DNA of 40,853 nt from an uncultured Acidimicrobium sp. (GTDB lineage Bacteria > Actinomycetota > Acidimicrobiia > Acidimicrobiales > Ilumatobacteraceae): NCBI GenBank assembly GCA_964654335.1, contig CAZZJH010000004.1:1-40853 (forward strand), written 5' to 3'. Position numbers and translations under genes: made by a program. Position 1 is the stretch's first letter. Every line of letters begins with the position of its first letter. Under the pieces are notes generated by a model, which saw only the letters and a list, made by a program, of their open reading frames with translations, ran no database searches and was not told the DNA's origin. Positions 26,569 to 35,475 of the stretch are shown piece by piece.

Positions 26569-28005
26569 ATGGTCTTGACTCCCCCTCAACCTGAGCTCGC
26601 CCATTTGGACGAGCAATACCAGCGAATTTGTGCAGCATTCGATTCTGGCGAACTCACCGCGGCCGATGCGCGTGCTCAGGTTGCTGAATTACGCCACGTT
26701 GATGAGTTTGGTCGGGTCTGGACCGTAGACACCAAGCGCTCAGGAAAGCATGCCGCATTCCGCCACGAGGGTGGTGAAGAGCCTGTTGCACTTGCACCCA
26801 CCACCTTGAACCCCGAACTTGCTCCCCTCGACATGCAATACCAACTCATTTGTGCCGAATTCGATCGGGGTGCGATCACCGCTGGAGAAGCCCGTGGCCT
26901 CGTCAAGGCTCTGCGACATGTAGACGCCGAAGGGCGAACCTGGACGATCGATACCGAGAAGTCGGGCAGGCATGCCGCATTCAAGTTGGAGGAGCGTGTC
27001 GACACAGACAGTCACGACGAAATTGCGACAGAAGATGAGTTCGTCGACGAGCCTCGAATGAACTACACGGCACCCCTCCGGCGCCCCGTGAGCAAGGAAC
27101 AATCGCAGCGAACGTTGAAAGTTGCGCTGGTGCTCGGACTAGCCATCATTCTTCTGTTTGCCGGAATGCGTTATGTAATAGGTGCCACTTGGGGCTCGGT
27201 GTCTGGCGATTCAGCCGCGACCAACGAAATCTTCATCCCCGAAGGAGCGGTACAAACCGTGCCATTCGAGACGGTTGTCACCACCCCGCAATCTGGCCCG
27301 CTCACCAAGATCGAGGCATACGGAACTCGTGATGAAGTTCCCTTCAACTTGGATGTCGAATTCGGTCGCTCGGTAATGAATGAACCGCTCGTTGTGCATC
27401 GCCGCGGCACCGTAGGGGCTCCTCGAGTGCTCGTCGTTGGAACGATTCACGGTGATGAGCTTGCGGGCCTCGAAGTAACGGCGATCCTGCGCACCATTCG
27501 CATCGAGGACCCGATCGATTTGTGGATCGTCGACAACCTGAACCCCGATGGATCCAAAGCGGGAACCAGACAAAATGCAAACCAGGTGGATCTGAATCGC
27601 AACTTTGCACGTAGGTGGGAACCAGTGGGAAAACTCGGCTACTGGCAATTCTCAGGCCCGAGCGCAGCGAGTGAACCCGAGACGAAGGCAATGTCACGAC
27701 TTGGTGAATTGATCAATCCTCAATTCACCGTTTGGTACCACCAGGACTACTTCCGCATCACTCCGGGAAGTGGTCGTGAAGGAAAGATTCGCGAGCGCTA
27801 TGCCAACCTGGTGAATCTTCCGCTCCTGACGATCTCCGGCGGTAGTTACAGCGGCACCGCGAACATCTGGGCGCGGTCGGTGGATACCGATGACGGCGTC
27901 TCTCTCACCGTGGAGTTTGGACCTTCTCCGTTACGTCCAGGCGAAGCCGCCGCCAACGCAAGCGCGGTCTTCTCGATCGTCCGTGAGTTCTACCTCAATC
28001 AATAA
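26569..28005 (+). CDS. Membrane-anchored M14-family zinc carboxypeptidase (MpaA/gamma-D-Glu-DAP peptidase-like) with duplicated N-terminal cytoplasmic module
   Basis: The C-terminal domain has VVGTIHGDELAG (HxxE), NLNPDGSKAGTRQNANQVDLNRNF and TVEFG. A single TM helix (VALVLGLAIILLFAGM) lies near aa 185-205. Two repeats of about 57 aa sit at the N-terminus. Confidence 0.75.
   Translation: MVLTPPQPELAHLDEQYQRICAAFDSGELTAADARAQVAELRHVDEFGRVWTVDTKRSGKHAAFRHEGGEEPVALAPTTLNPELAPLDMQYQLICAEFDRGAITAGEARGLVKALRHVDAEGRTWTIDTEKSGRHAAFKLEERVDTDSHDEIATEDEFVDEPRMNYTAPLRRPVSKEQSQRTLKVALVLGLAIILLFAGMRYVIGATWGSVSGDSAATNEIFIPEGAVQTVPFETVVTTPQSGPLTKIEAYGTRDEVPFNLDVEFGRSVMNEPLVVHRRGTVGAPRVLVVGTIHGDELAGLEVTAILRTIRIEDPIDLWIVDNLNPDGSKAGTRQNANQVDLNRNFARRWEPVGKLGYWQFSGPSAASEPETKAMSRLGELINPQFTVWYHQDYFRITPGSGREGKIRERYANLVNLPLLTISGGSYSGTANIWARSVDTDDGVSLTVEFGPSPLRPGEAAANASAVFSIVREFYLNQ
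26590..26982 (+). repeat. Intragenic tandem duplication (two units with a 222-nt period)
   Basis: Unit 1 (nt 26590-26760) encodes PELAHLDEQYQRICAAFDSGELTAADARAQVAELRHVDEFGRVWTVDTKRSGKHAAF. Unit 2 (nt 26812-26982) encodes PELAPLDMQYQLICAEFDRGAITAGEARGLVKALRHVDAEGRTWTIDTEKSGRHAAF. My hand alignment gives 37 of 57 identical residues. Confidence 0.75.
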
Positions 28006-29970
28006 CTAGATCCGACGATTGGTGGTACAGGCGAGGATCCGACTCTTGCCGTCTTCGTAGCAATGCCGATTGGTGTCTCGCACGTCGTACTTCTCCATCC
28101 AGTCGATTTTTGAATCTGCGATCACCGGAATCGAACACGGGTATGCGTTGTCCTCGGGACAAGGATTGTCGACGACATTGGCCACCACTCTGGAGATGTA
28201 CCAACCGAGTGCCAGCGTTCCCTCGAGTTTCAAGTGAATTCCATCCCTTTCGAACCAGTCGGGGCTCGAGTAACTGAACAGGTTCCAGTTGGCAACGGTC
28301 AGCTGCGGATAGTCGCCGCTATCGACAATTTCACGGAGCTGATCATTGAAGTCCGAATAAACCGAGCGCTCACCGCGTGACCCTGGTGCAGGAAACTTGA
28401 GCGACTCCTTCAAGTTAAGCATCACCAATTTCGCCCCTCGATAACGAGCCATGTCGGCAAGTTCGCGAACCTCTCCACCGAACTGGGTGGTCCAACTGTG
28501 ATAGCCAGCCATCACCACGACTACGTCAACCGGCTTGTCATAATTTTCGATGACAGTGACGGCACTCTCTGGAACACGCTTTTCGCGACCTTCACACGAC
28601 TGCAGTGCGATCTTTCGGCAACTCTCGACATCCAGTGTGTAATCGAACCCTTCGATGCTGCGTTGCCCGTCCTCGAACCATCGAAGCGAAGCCATCGTCG
28701 AGTCTCCGAGAAGAAGAACATCGACATCTTTTGGTTCAGGTGCAGGCAGTGACACTACGTTTTCACTGTCAGCATCAAGTTCGGCGAGTTCCTCAGGAAC
28801 AGCAAAACGTTGTGCTCGCGCATCGATGCTCGGAGCAACTCCAAAAAGCACTGTGGTCGCCGTGAATACGGCCACCACTGAGCCAAGTCCCACGGTCACG
28901 CTGCGCATCGAACGCAACGACAGCCAGTCGTTGACGCGAACGGGATGCTCAATCGCGGTGTATGTGAGACCGGAGAGAGCTGTCGCAAAGGCAATGAGAA
29001 GTGTCCAACCAAGAAACGTCGGCGTGCCGAATTTCGCCTCCACCAGCACAAAGATCGGCCAATGCCACAGATAGAGCGAGTAGCTCCATGCTCCGATGTG
29101 CTGCAGTGGTCGCGCCCTCAGCGCCAGCTCGGGACCAAATTGGGTGCCACCTGCAACGAGCACGAGGAGTGCGCCGAGCACGGGAAGTAGCGCTGCGTAT
29201 CCCGGGAAAGGAGTCGCACTACTGAACCCGACTGCTGAACCGACGATCGCTGCAACACCAACCCAGCCCGCAACTGCCCGCAGATGTTCGGGGATCTCGC
29301 GAACACGCGATCCATAGAGAGCAAGAGCCGCACCAACGAGGATCTCCCAAACGCGCGCCTGAGGCAGATAGTACGCACCGCCCGGATTACTAGGCGTGAG
29401 CACGACGCCCGTGACGAACGAAGCCAGTAGTGCCACCACGACAATGCGTCCCAACCACTGGCGCCACTGCTTCTTTGAATAGTGAATGACCGCAAAAATC
29501 ACGAGCGGCCAAACGAGATAGAACTGCTCCTCGACTGCAAGCGACCAGTAGTGCTGCAAAGGAGACGGGGGCGTGACACCAAGCAAGTACTCGCTGCTGG
29601 TGTAGTAGAGAACGAAGTTCGTGGAAAAGCCAATTGCACCTAGTGCCACCGTTGTCAGCTCGCGAACACGCCCTGGTTCAAGCATGAACACACCAGCGGC
29701 AACCGTGACGATCGTGACGAGAAGTGACATGGGCAGCAACCGCCGAATCCGACGAGCCCAGAAATTGCGGAGGCTCACCTGATCGAATCGGTCTGCTTCT
29801 TCCACCAAGAGATTGGTGATCAGAAACCCAGAAATAACGAAGAACACATCGACGCCGACGAAGCCCCCAGCCACAAAAGTTGTGCCTGCGTGATACAGCA
29901 CGACCAACGCAACCGCGACGGCCCGGAGACCTTCGATGTCAGCGCGGCGCTTGGAAGGGGCCGAACTCAT
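28006..29970 (-). CDS. Acyltransferase-3 family membrane O-acyltransferase with C-terminal SGNH hydrolase-like domain (OafA/OatA architecture)
   Basis: The N-terminus RRADIEGLRAVAVALVVLYHAG is followed by about 10 TM helices. An extracytoplasmic domain follows with LLLGDSTM (the GDS block). Confidence 0.85.
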   Translation of the reverse strand: MSSAPSKRRADIEGLRAVAVALVVLYHAGTTFVAGGFVGVDVFFVISGFLITNLLVEEADRFDQVSLRNFWARRIRRLLPMSLLVTIVTVAAGVFMLEPGRVRELTTVALGAIGFSTNFVLYYTSSEYLLGVTPPSPLQHYWSLAVEEQFYLVWPLVIFAVIHYSKKQWRQWLGRIVVVALLASFVTGVVLTPSNPGGAYYLPQARVWEILVGAALALYGSRVREIPEHLRAVAGWVGVAAIVGSAVGFSSATPFPGYAALLPVLGALLVLVAGGTQFGPELALRARPLQHIGAWSYSLYLWHWPIFVLVEAKFGTPTFLGWTLLIAFATALSGLTYTAIEHPVRVNDWLSLRSMRSVTVGLGSVVAVFTATTVLFGVAPSIDARAQRFAVPEELAELDADSENVVSLPAPEPKDVDVLLLGDSTMASLRWFEDGQRSIEGFDYTLDVESCRKIALQSCEGREKRVPESAVTVIENYDKPVDVVVVMAGYHSWTTQFGGEVRELADMARYRGAKLVMLNLKESLKFPAPGSRGERSVYSDFNDQLREIVDSGDYPQLTVANWNLFSYSSPDWFERDGIHLKLEGTLALGWYISRVVANVVDNPCPEDNAYPCSIPVIADSKIDWMEKYDVRDTNRHCYEDGKSRILACTTNRRI

Positions 29971-30024
29971 TGACTCTCATTTTGCCATTGATTGGCAATG
30001 TGGCGCTGATTAGTCGACTGTTGT

Positions 30025-30690
30025 CTACGCCGCGTTGGCCACGAGCACACCCGTTGCAGCGAACTGCAATACACCAGCCACCACAGTGAAGACATGCCAC
30101 ACTTCGTGGTAGCCAAACACATGCGGCACAAGACGTGGCTTCTTCATGAAAAACAGCACTGCACCAACGGTGTAAGCGATTCCTCCAAGAGCGAAAAGGA
30201 GAAGACTCGTGAATCCTGCTCGGTCGTATACCCAGGGCAACACGCCAAGAACCGCCCAACCAATAACGAGATACATCGCTGCCGCCGTCTTACGCGCCTT
30301 ACGAACGAACTTGAGCCCCATACCAATAGCTGCCGCAGTCCAGATAGCGATCAGGAATGGGATACCGAGAGCCCTTGGAAGCGCCAACAGACTTACCGGT
30401 GTATAAGTACCTGCAATCAATACGTAGACCATGGCGTGATCGAGCTGCTGCATGGTGTGTTGAGCCCGATACGACCTGGTGAACAAGTGGTAAGACGCCG
30501 AAGTGGAGAACAATGCGAGCAACGAGATCACGTACACGAGCACTGCCGCCCGCGCCAGGCCACTCGGTGTGACCGACGTAAGAATGACACCGGCTGGAAT
30601 TGCACACCCCACGGCGATCGCGTGTATTCGTCCGCGCCATCGCGGCCGCCACTGACCACTTGCGTGATGGAAGACAGGTGTTCGAGCCAT
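30025..30690 (-). CDS. Hemolysin III / PAQR family membrane protein
   Basis: It has 7 TM helices with SASYH, LDHAMVYVLIAGTYTP and GYHEVWHVFTV motifs. Confidence 0.85.
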   Translation of the reverse strand: MARTPVFHHASGQWRPRWRGRIHAIAVGCAIPAGVILTSVTPSGLARAAVLVYVISLLALFSTSASYHLFTRSYRAQHTMQQLDHAMVYVLIAGTYTPVSLLALPRALGIPFLIAIWTAAAIGMGLKFVRKARKTAAAMYLVIGWAVLGVLPWVYDRAGFTSLLLFALGGIAYTVGAVLFFMKKPRLVPHVFGYHEVWHVFTVVAGVLQFAATGVLVANAA

Positions 30691-30698
30691 CTCCCTCC

Positions 30699-31304
30699 TT
30701 ACGTGAAGGACGCTACCTCACTACCGAACTTACGGTGCGACTGAATCGCGCGGAACGAGATGAACAACGCTGGTAAGACGAGAGCGAAGTTCGACACCGC
30801 AAGTAACGGATCATCGATCATCAATGAGTAGATTCCCCACGACATCGTCGTAAGTGCGAGTAGTGCGTTGCCTGAGCCAGAAACACCACGCAAATGCGAC
30901 TGCCTCGCTGCTTTCCATACTTGTGGGACTATGCCGGCACCACCGATCACACCTGCAAACACGGCCAAAATGTTCAAATTCACGGCTTGCATAATCAGCG
31001 CAAATCCGTAGACACCCACCACGATGCTGACGAGAACCTTCGCGGAGAGAACGTTGAGCCTCACCATCTGTATGAGGACGATGCCAATCCCGATCACCAC
31101 CATTCCGTTCCCAGTGGAAATAAGTGGCTTAGACGAGACGATCCCGTAGACGAACAACAGGCTCGCGCTAGCAATACCCTGCGCCTGGCTCAAGATCGAG
31201 ATTCCCTCCACCGTGTTCCGTCTGACCACGCGCCATGCCTGCGGAATCGTGAAGGTGAACGACAGTGCGACACACCATGCACTGAACAGATCCCGAAAAC
31301 CCAC
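30699..31304 (-). CDS. Seven-TM protein with two PQ-loop repeats (SWEET-like 3+1+3 topology)
   Basis: Two PQ motifs lie about 106 aa apart: IPQAWRVVRRNTVEGIS and VPQVWKAARQSHLRGVS. Each opens a block of three hydrophobic helices. One linker helix lies between the blocks. Confidence 0.65.
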   Translation of the reverse strand: MGFRDLFSAWCVALSFTFTIPQAWRVVRRNTVEGISILSQAQGIASASLLFVYGIVSSKPLISTGNGMVVIGIGIVLIQMVRLNVLSAKVLVSIVVGVYGFALIMQAVNLNILAVFAGVIGGAGIVPQVWKAARQSHLRGVSGSGNALLALTTMSWGIYSLMIDDPLLAVSNFALVLPALFISFRAIQSHRKFGSEVASFT

Positions 31305-31364
31305 ATGGCAACACTATGGCTCCGTCGTGGGACACAAGGTTTTCTCTCGTTAGCGTGAGCCACG

Positions 31365-32855
31365 ATGCAATGCACGTTTGCCGTCACCCTCTCCACAAAG
31401 AAGTGGACGAACGAGACGAAGACTGGATGCGTGGAAGCCATAAATGGTTGGCTCGGAAAGAGCTTCCCAGCCGATCGACTACCAGCCAACATTCGCGTCC
31501 GCGTTCGTCCTCTTGGAGACGACGACGTATATCGGGCCGAGGTGTTGAACACTCAACCGAGTGGGGTTGATTCCATCTTGATCACACTCGCCGCCCTCTC
31601 CGGCCAACTCGTGTTCGATCTTCGTGAGCGATTCGCTCCAACGAGCAACTCAGTAGTCCCACGTCGAAAGGCTTCGCTGCCCCCGAAACCCGTGCTTGGA
31701 CTGGTGGCAGCGATGTCTCAGCTGCTCGAGGTGTACGACGCCGAACGTCGTGTGGATGGCAGGGTGCGACAAGTTGCGAGCGAACTTGACGGTGAAGCAT
31801 TGGCTGCCGATTTCCGCGATGCGCCAGCCAGACGGCTACCGATCATCGCTGAATTCGTGAAAGGGCGAGACCCCAGCAGCACTATCACTGGTTCGCTCGC
31901 CGTCGACCTGGTGGGAGTCGCCGTAGTGGCCCACTTACTCGACGAAAAGGCGCTCGAGGCCTTCAACGAGTACTGCGCATCTCCAATTCTTTCGACGAAC
32001 TACGTCACCGTGTTGTGGCCGCGAGGCGTACAGCCGTTCACGCTGCACACTTCTCAGCCATCGAAAGAGCAGATCCTCGGTCCAATCCTGGAGGCTGCAT
32101 CGACACAACGCGAACCGGTGGTGCAACTTCTTGGCAGACCAACGCCACGCGTAGTTGAACCAACACCCCGCACCATCGTGGTGACACCAACGTCTCCCAA
32201 TACCGAAGAGTTGGACCAGTTACGTCAACAAATCGATGAACAGCGCCAGCACATCGACCTACTCGACCAAGAGTTGGAAGAAGCCGAGCTTGAACGTGAC
32301 GAATTCGCCGAAACGGTCGAGGCACGAGACCAAGAAGTGTCGCTATTGCGCAGCACACTTGCCGATTTGGCGATCGAATTACACGATCTCGACACTGAAC
32401 TCGCGCGCGTGGCACCCGAACGTTCAATGCGAAACGTATTGGAGGCGGTGATACGCGCACGGAACGAATGTCGCAACTTGACATTCGCTCATACTGCGCT
32501 GGAAACCGCCGACAAACTGCAGGGACCGATGCCCCGCAAAGTGTTTTCGATCCTGAAGGCGCTCGACACCGCGGTTGGCGAATGGCGCGCAGACCGATTT
32601 CCGCTGGCGGGCCTGCGGTCGTACCTCCGCGATGAACTTGGTCTCGACTACGTAGCGGGAATCAGCGACGATGCCGAGCAGAAGTTTGGCGCCGACTACA
32701 CCATCTCTCACAACGGCAGGACGATCGTGCTCGGCCCACATGTTCGCCACGGAAGAGGACGAACCTTGCTGCGCATCTACCTCCATGTCGATGAAGGCAC
32801 GAAGTCAATGATCGTGGGCAAGGTGACTCGGCACCTCGAAGACCGCACCTCGTAG
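31365..32855 (+). CDS. Hypothetical protein with central coiled coil
   Basis: This is a 496-aa ORF with no family I recognise. The acidic heptad-rich segment EELDQLRQQIDEQRQHIDLLDQELEEAELERDEFAETVEARDQEVSLLRSTLADLAIELHDLDTELARV spans aa ~283-352. Codon usage is like the neighbours. Confidence 0.5.
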   Translation: MQCTFAVTLSTKKWTNETKTGCVEAINGWLGKSFPADRLPANIRVRVRPLGDDDVYRAEVLNTQPSGVDSILITLAALSGQLVFDLRERFAPTSNSVVPRRKASLPPKPVLGLVAAMSQLLEVYDAERRVDGRVRQVASELDGEALAADFRDAPARRLPIIAEFVKGRDPSSTITGSLAVDLVGVAVVAHLLDEKALEAFNEYCASPILSTNYVTVLWPRGVQPFTLHTSQPSKEQILGPILEAASTQREPVVQLLGRPTPRVVEPTPRTIVVTPTSPNTEELDQLRQQIDEQRQHIDLLDQELEEAELERDEFAETVEARDQEVSLLRSTLADLAIELHDLDTELARVAPERSMRNVLEAVIRARNECRNLTFAHTALETADKLQGPMPRKVFSILKALDTAVGEWRADRFPLAGLRSYLRDELGLDYVAGISDDAEQKFGADYTISHNGRTIVLGPHVRHGRGRTLLRIYLHVDEGTKSMIVGKVTRHLEDRTS

Positions 32856-32874
32856 TTCCCAATAGGGTGACGGC

Positions 32875-34545
32875 ATGACATCTGCCGTCTACAAACTGTC
32901 TGATCGGTACATCGAGAAGCAGGCTGCGCTCGACCCTGGCACTGCCACCTACCTCGGTATTGCAGGTCACGATCACGAGATGACCGACTTCAGCCCTGCC
33001 GGACACGAAGCGCGTGCGCAGCTCGATCGTGGCACCCTCGCCGAGTTGAATGGTCTCGATATATCAGCGGACAACGATCGACTTGCCGCCGGCGTGTTGC
33101 GCGAATCACTTGAGCTTGGCGTCCAGGAATACGCCGCAGGTGAACATCTGCGTTCAATCAGAGTGATCGCCGGTGATGTGGACGCGGCGAGATCGATCTT
33201 CGATCTCATGCCCACAAATACCGCCGAGCAGTGGTTCACCATCGCTGAGCGAATGTCGGCAGTGCCTCAGGCATTTGCAGGAATGCGTGAGTCATGGGGC
33301 CTTGGAATTTCGAAGAATGTGGTGGCACCAGTGCGCCAAGCACTCGCGGTTGCCGCGCAGCTCGAATCATGGGCGGGTACTCCCGGCGCACCGGGTTTCT
33401 TCACGACATTCGTCGAGCAAGCGGCTTCCGTTTCTGGCGCGCCGCTCGAAAAACTTCGCGACGAAGCAAAGCGCGCATCGGTAGCTCTCGCCCAAACCGC
33501 GGATTACTTGCGTAAGGAGTACGCGCCGAAGGCCGATGCTCGAGATGGTGTCGGCCCCGAACGCCACGCGCTTGCTCGCCGTCGTTACCTCGGCATGTCG
33601 ATCGATGCAAGAGACGCCTACGAATGGGGATGGCAAGAAACGAAACGACTCGATGCCGAGATTGCTCGCGTATCGAATGAGATCAAACCAGGCGCCACAG
33701 CAGCAGAAGTGCGTCGCCTTCTCGACACCGATCCCGCTCGCGCCATTCAGGGCGAAGAGAACTTGCGCCATTGGTTGCAAGAAATCATGGACGAAGCCCG
33801 CGACTTCCTTATCACGAACAAGCACTTCGAAATTCCGCGCGAGATTCACACCTGCGAAGCAATGATCTCTCCGCCCGGTGGCGCAGCAGCGATGTACTAC
33901 ACGGGCCCAAGTGAAGACCTGAGCCGTCCCGGACGCACGTGGTATCCAGCAAATGGACGCACCGTGTTCCCGAAGTGGAGTGAACCCACGACGGCGTATC
34001 ACGAAGGAGTTCCCGGACACCATCTGCAGGTAGCGACGGCGACGATCAACTCATCGAAGTTGTCTCGATTCCAACGCAACACTTTCGTTTCCGGACATGG
34101 TGAAGGTTGGGCGCTCTATGCCGAACGGCTGATGGACGAGTTTGGCTTCTTCAAGAACAACGAATACCGACTCGGCTACCTCTATGCGCAGGCGTTCCGA
34201 GCGGCGCGCGTCGTGATCGACACCGGTGTGCACTGTGGATTGCCGATTCCCGCAGATTCGGATTGGCACCCCGGCGAGCAGTGGACGCCCGAGTTGATGC
34301 TCGAATTCCTGAGTGCCCGCTCATCGAGCGACGCCGAATTCAACCGCTCCGAGATCGACCGCTACCTCGGATGGCCAGCTCAAGCGATCTCCTACAAGAT
34401 TGGCGAGAGAGTGTGGCTGAATCTGCGCGATCAGGCGAAGCAGAAGCATGGCGCGAAATTTGATTTGCGTGCATGGCACGCACACGGCCTCAACCTGGGC
34501 AACCTTGGTCTCGACTTGTTGAAGACCGAAATGGCGATGTTCTAA
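32875..34545 (+). CDS. DUF885-family putative metallopeptidase
   Basis: The motif HEGVPGHHLQ (HExxGHH) and the overall 556-aa layout are typical of DUF885. It lies 19 nt downstream of the previous gene. Confidence 0.8.
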   Translation: MTSAVYKLSDRYIEKQAALDPGTATYLGIAGHDHEMTDFSPAGHEARAQLDRGTLAELNGLDISADNDRLAAGVLRESLELGVQEYAAGEHLRSIRVIAGDVDAARSIFDLMPTNTAEQWFTIAERMSAVPQAFAGMRESWGLGISKNVVAPVRQALAVAAQLESWAGTPGAPGFFTTFVEQAASVSGAPLEKLRDEAKRASVALAQTADYLRKEYAPKADARDGVGPERHALARRRYLGMSIDARDAYEWGWQETKRLDAEIARVSNEIKPGATAAEVRRLLDTDPARAIQGEENLRHWLQEIMDEARDFLITNKHFEIPREIHTCEAMISPPGGAAAMYYTGPSEDLSRPGRTWYPANGRTVFPKWSEPTTAYHEGVPGHHLQVATATINSSKLSRFQRNTFVSGHGEGWALYAERLMDEFGFFKNNEYRLGYLYAQAFRAARVVIDTGVHCGLPIPADSDWHPGEQWTPELMLEFLSARSSSDAEFNRSEIDRYLGWPAQAISYKIGERVWLNLRDQAKQKHGAKFDLRAWHAHGLNLGNLGLDLLKTEMAMF

Positions 34546-34556
34546 GCGAGCAGGCT

Positions 34557-35204
34557 CTAGGACACCACCACCACTTGGGTGCCTGGTCGGGCCCAGCGGT
34601 AGATGAACATCGCATCCTCAGTGGATGAACGGAGACATCCACTCCCCTGCGGAGTTCCAAGTTGTGCTTCGGTCTGCATCGGCTTGCCGTTCTTCTTCGG
34701 AATCTCGTGAAAACCGATGTTTATCCCGTTCAGGCCTTTAGCAAAACGAGTCATGTAGCGAAATGTCACACCCGACTCGAGAGGGCTGAACGACTCGGGT
34801 GACTGGCTGAACACGCGATAAGAACCCCTTGCTGGGCGATCACGCTTTCCGGAAACAAGAAAAGTCCGAATGACCTGCTCGTTGTCGTCCACCACCCACA
34901 CTCGTTGACGAGCAATCGAATACACCACGCGACGACCTTCACCCGACTTGATCGGCAGTGCAAGCACATCTGACGTGGAAGATTGACTGTCCGACGGGCC
35001 GGCGTAGCCGAGGGTTGAAGTCGTAGGACCAAGAACGAATAGCGCACAAGCCACAAGAAAGGCTCGACGCAACATCCTTCGAATTTTATTGGCGGTGTTC
35101 CTATTCCACTCGTCAGGCAAGGATGGCTCGAGTTGACGAGGTGTCATTGCGATTGGCCACTGCTTCAACCATCGACACCGCAGCATTCCAGGTTTAAATG
35201 CCAC
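34557..35204 (-). CDS. L,D-transpeptidase (YkuD domain)
   Basis: The catalytic region is GFHEIP...LGTPQGSGCLR (His ... S-x-G-C-x-R). A signal/anchor sequence MLRRAFLVACALFVLG is present. The real start is probably ATG 35147 or 35075 rather than 35204. Confidence 0.8.
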   Translation of the reverse strand: MAFKPGMLRCRWLKQWPIAMTPRQLEPSLPDEWNRNTANKIRRMLRRAFLVACALFVLGPTTSTLGYAGPSDSQSSTSDVLALPIKSGEGRRVVYSIARQRVWVVDDNEQVIRTFLVSGKRDRPARGSYRVFSQSPESFSPLESGVTFRYMTRFAKGLNGINIGFHEIPKKNGKPMQTEAQLGTPQGSGCLRSSTEDAMFIYRWARPGTQVVVVS

Positions 35205-35391
35205 CGCTCGCTTTTCGCCCCGATTCCTCTGCCCACCGCCTGGCGCATGAGTTTTACAGACTCAAGTGACCCACCAACCGACTTGTGAAATCCGGGGCTC
35301 GACTTTACGTAGTGCCCCCGCCTCGTACTGCTGCAGAACAGGTGAGAACAATCTCATCGTTGGCGAGAGCAGCGTGTGATCGATCATTGCT

Positions 35392-35430
35392 GCAACCTGC
35401 GCTTTGGCGCGCGACATTCCCGCAGGTTGC
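35392..35430 (+). promoter_or_regulatory. Perfect 10-bp GC-rich inverted repeat upstream of tdk (possible operator or leader hairpin)
   Basis: GCAACCTGCG (35392-35401) pairs with CGCAGGTTGC (35421-35430) around a 19-nt loop. It ends 45 nt before the tdk ATG. No U-tract follows. Confidence 0.3.
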
Positions 35431-35475
35431 GGCAGGGGCGCGATCGGCATCGAAGGGAGTAGTTTCGTCTGCGCA

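Noticed and set aside
29982-29998. Palindrome TTGCCA-N5-TGGCAA upstream of the acyltransferase-3 gene
   Set aside because: It has only 6-bp arms, which could easily occur by chance. I could not see other copies in the window. It is noted as a possible operator but is not supportable.
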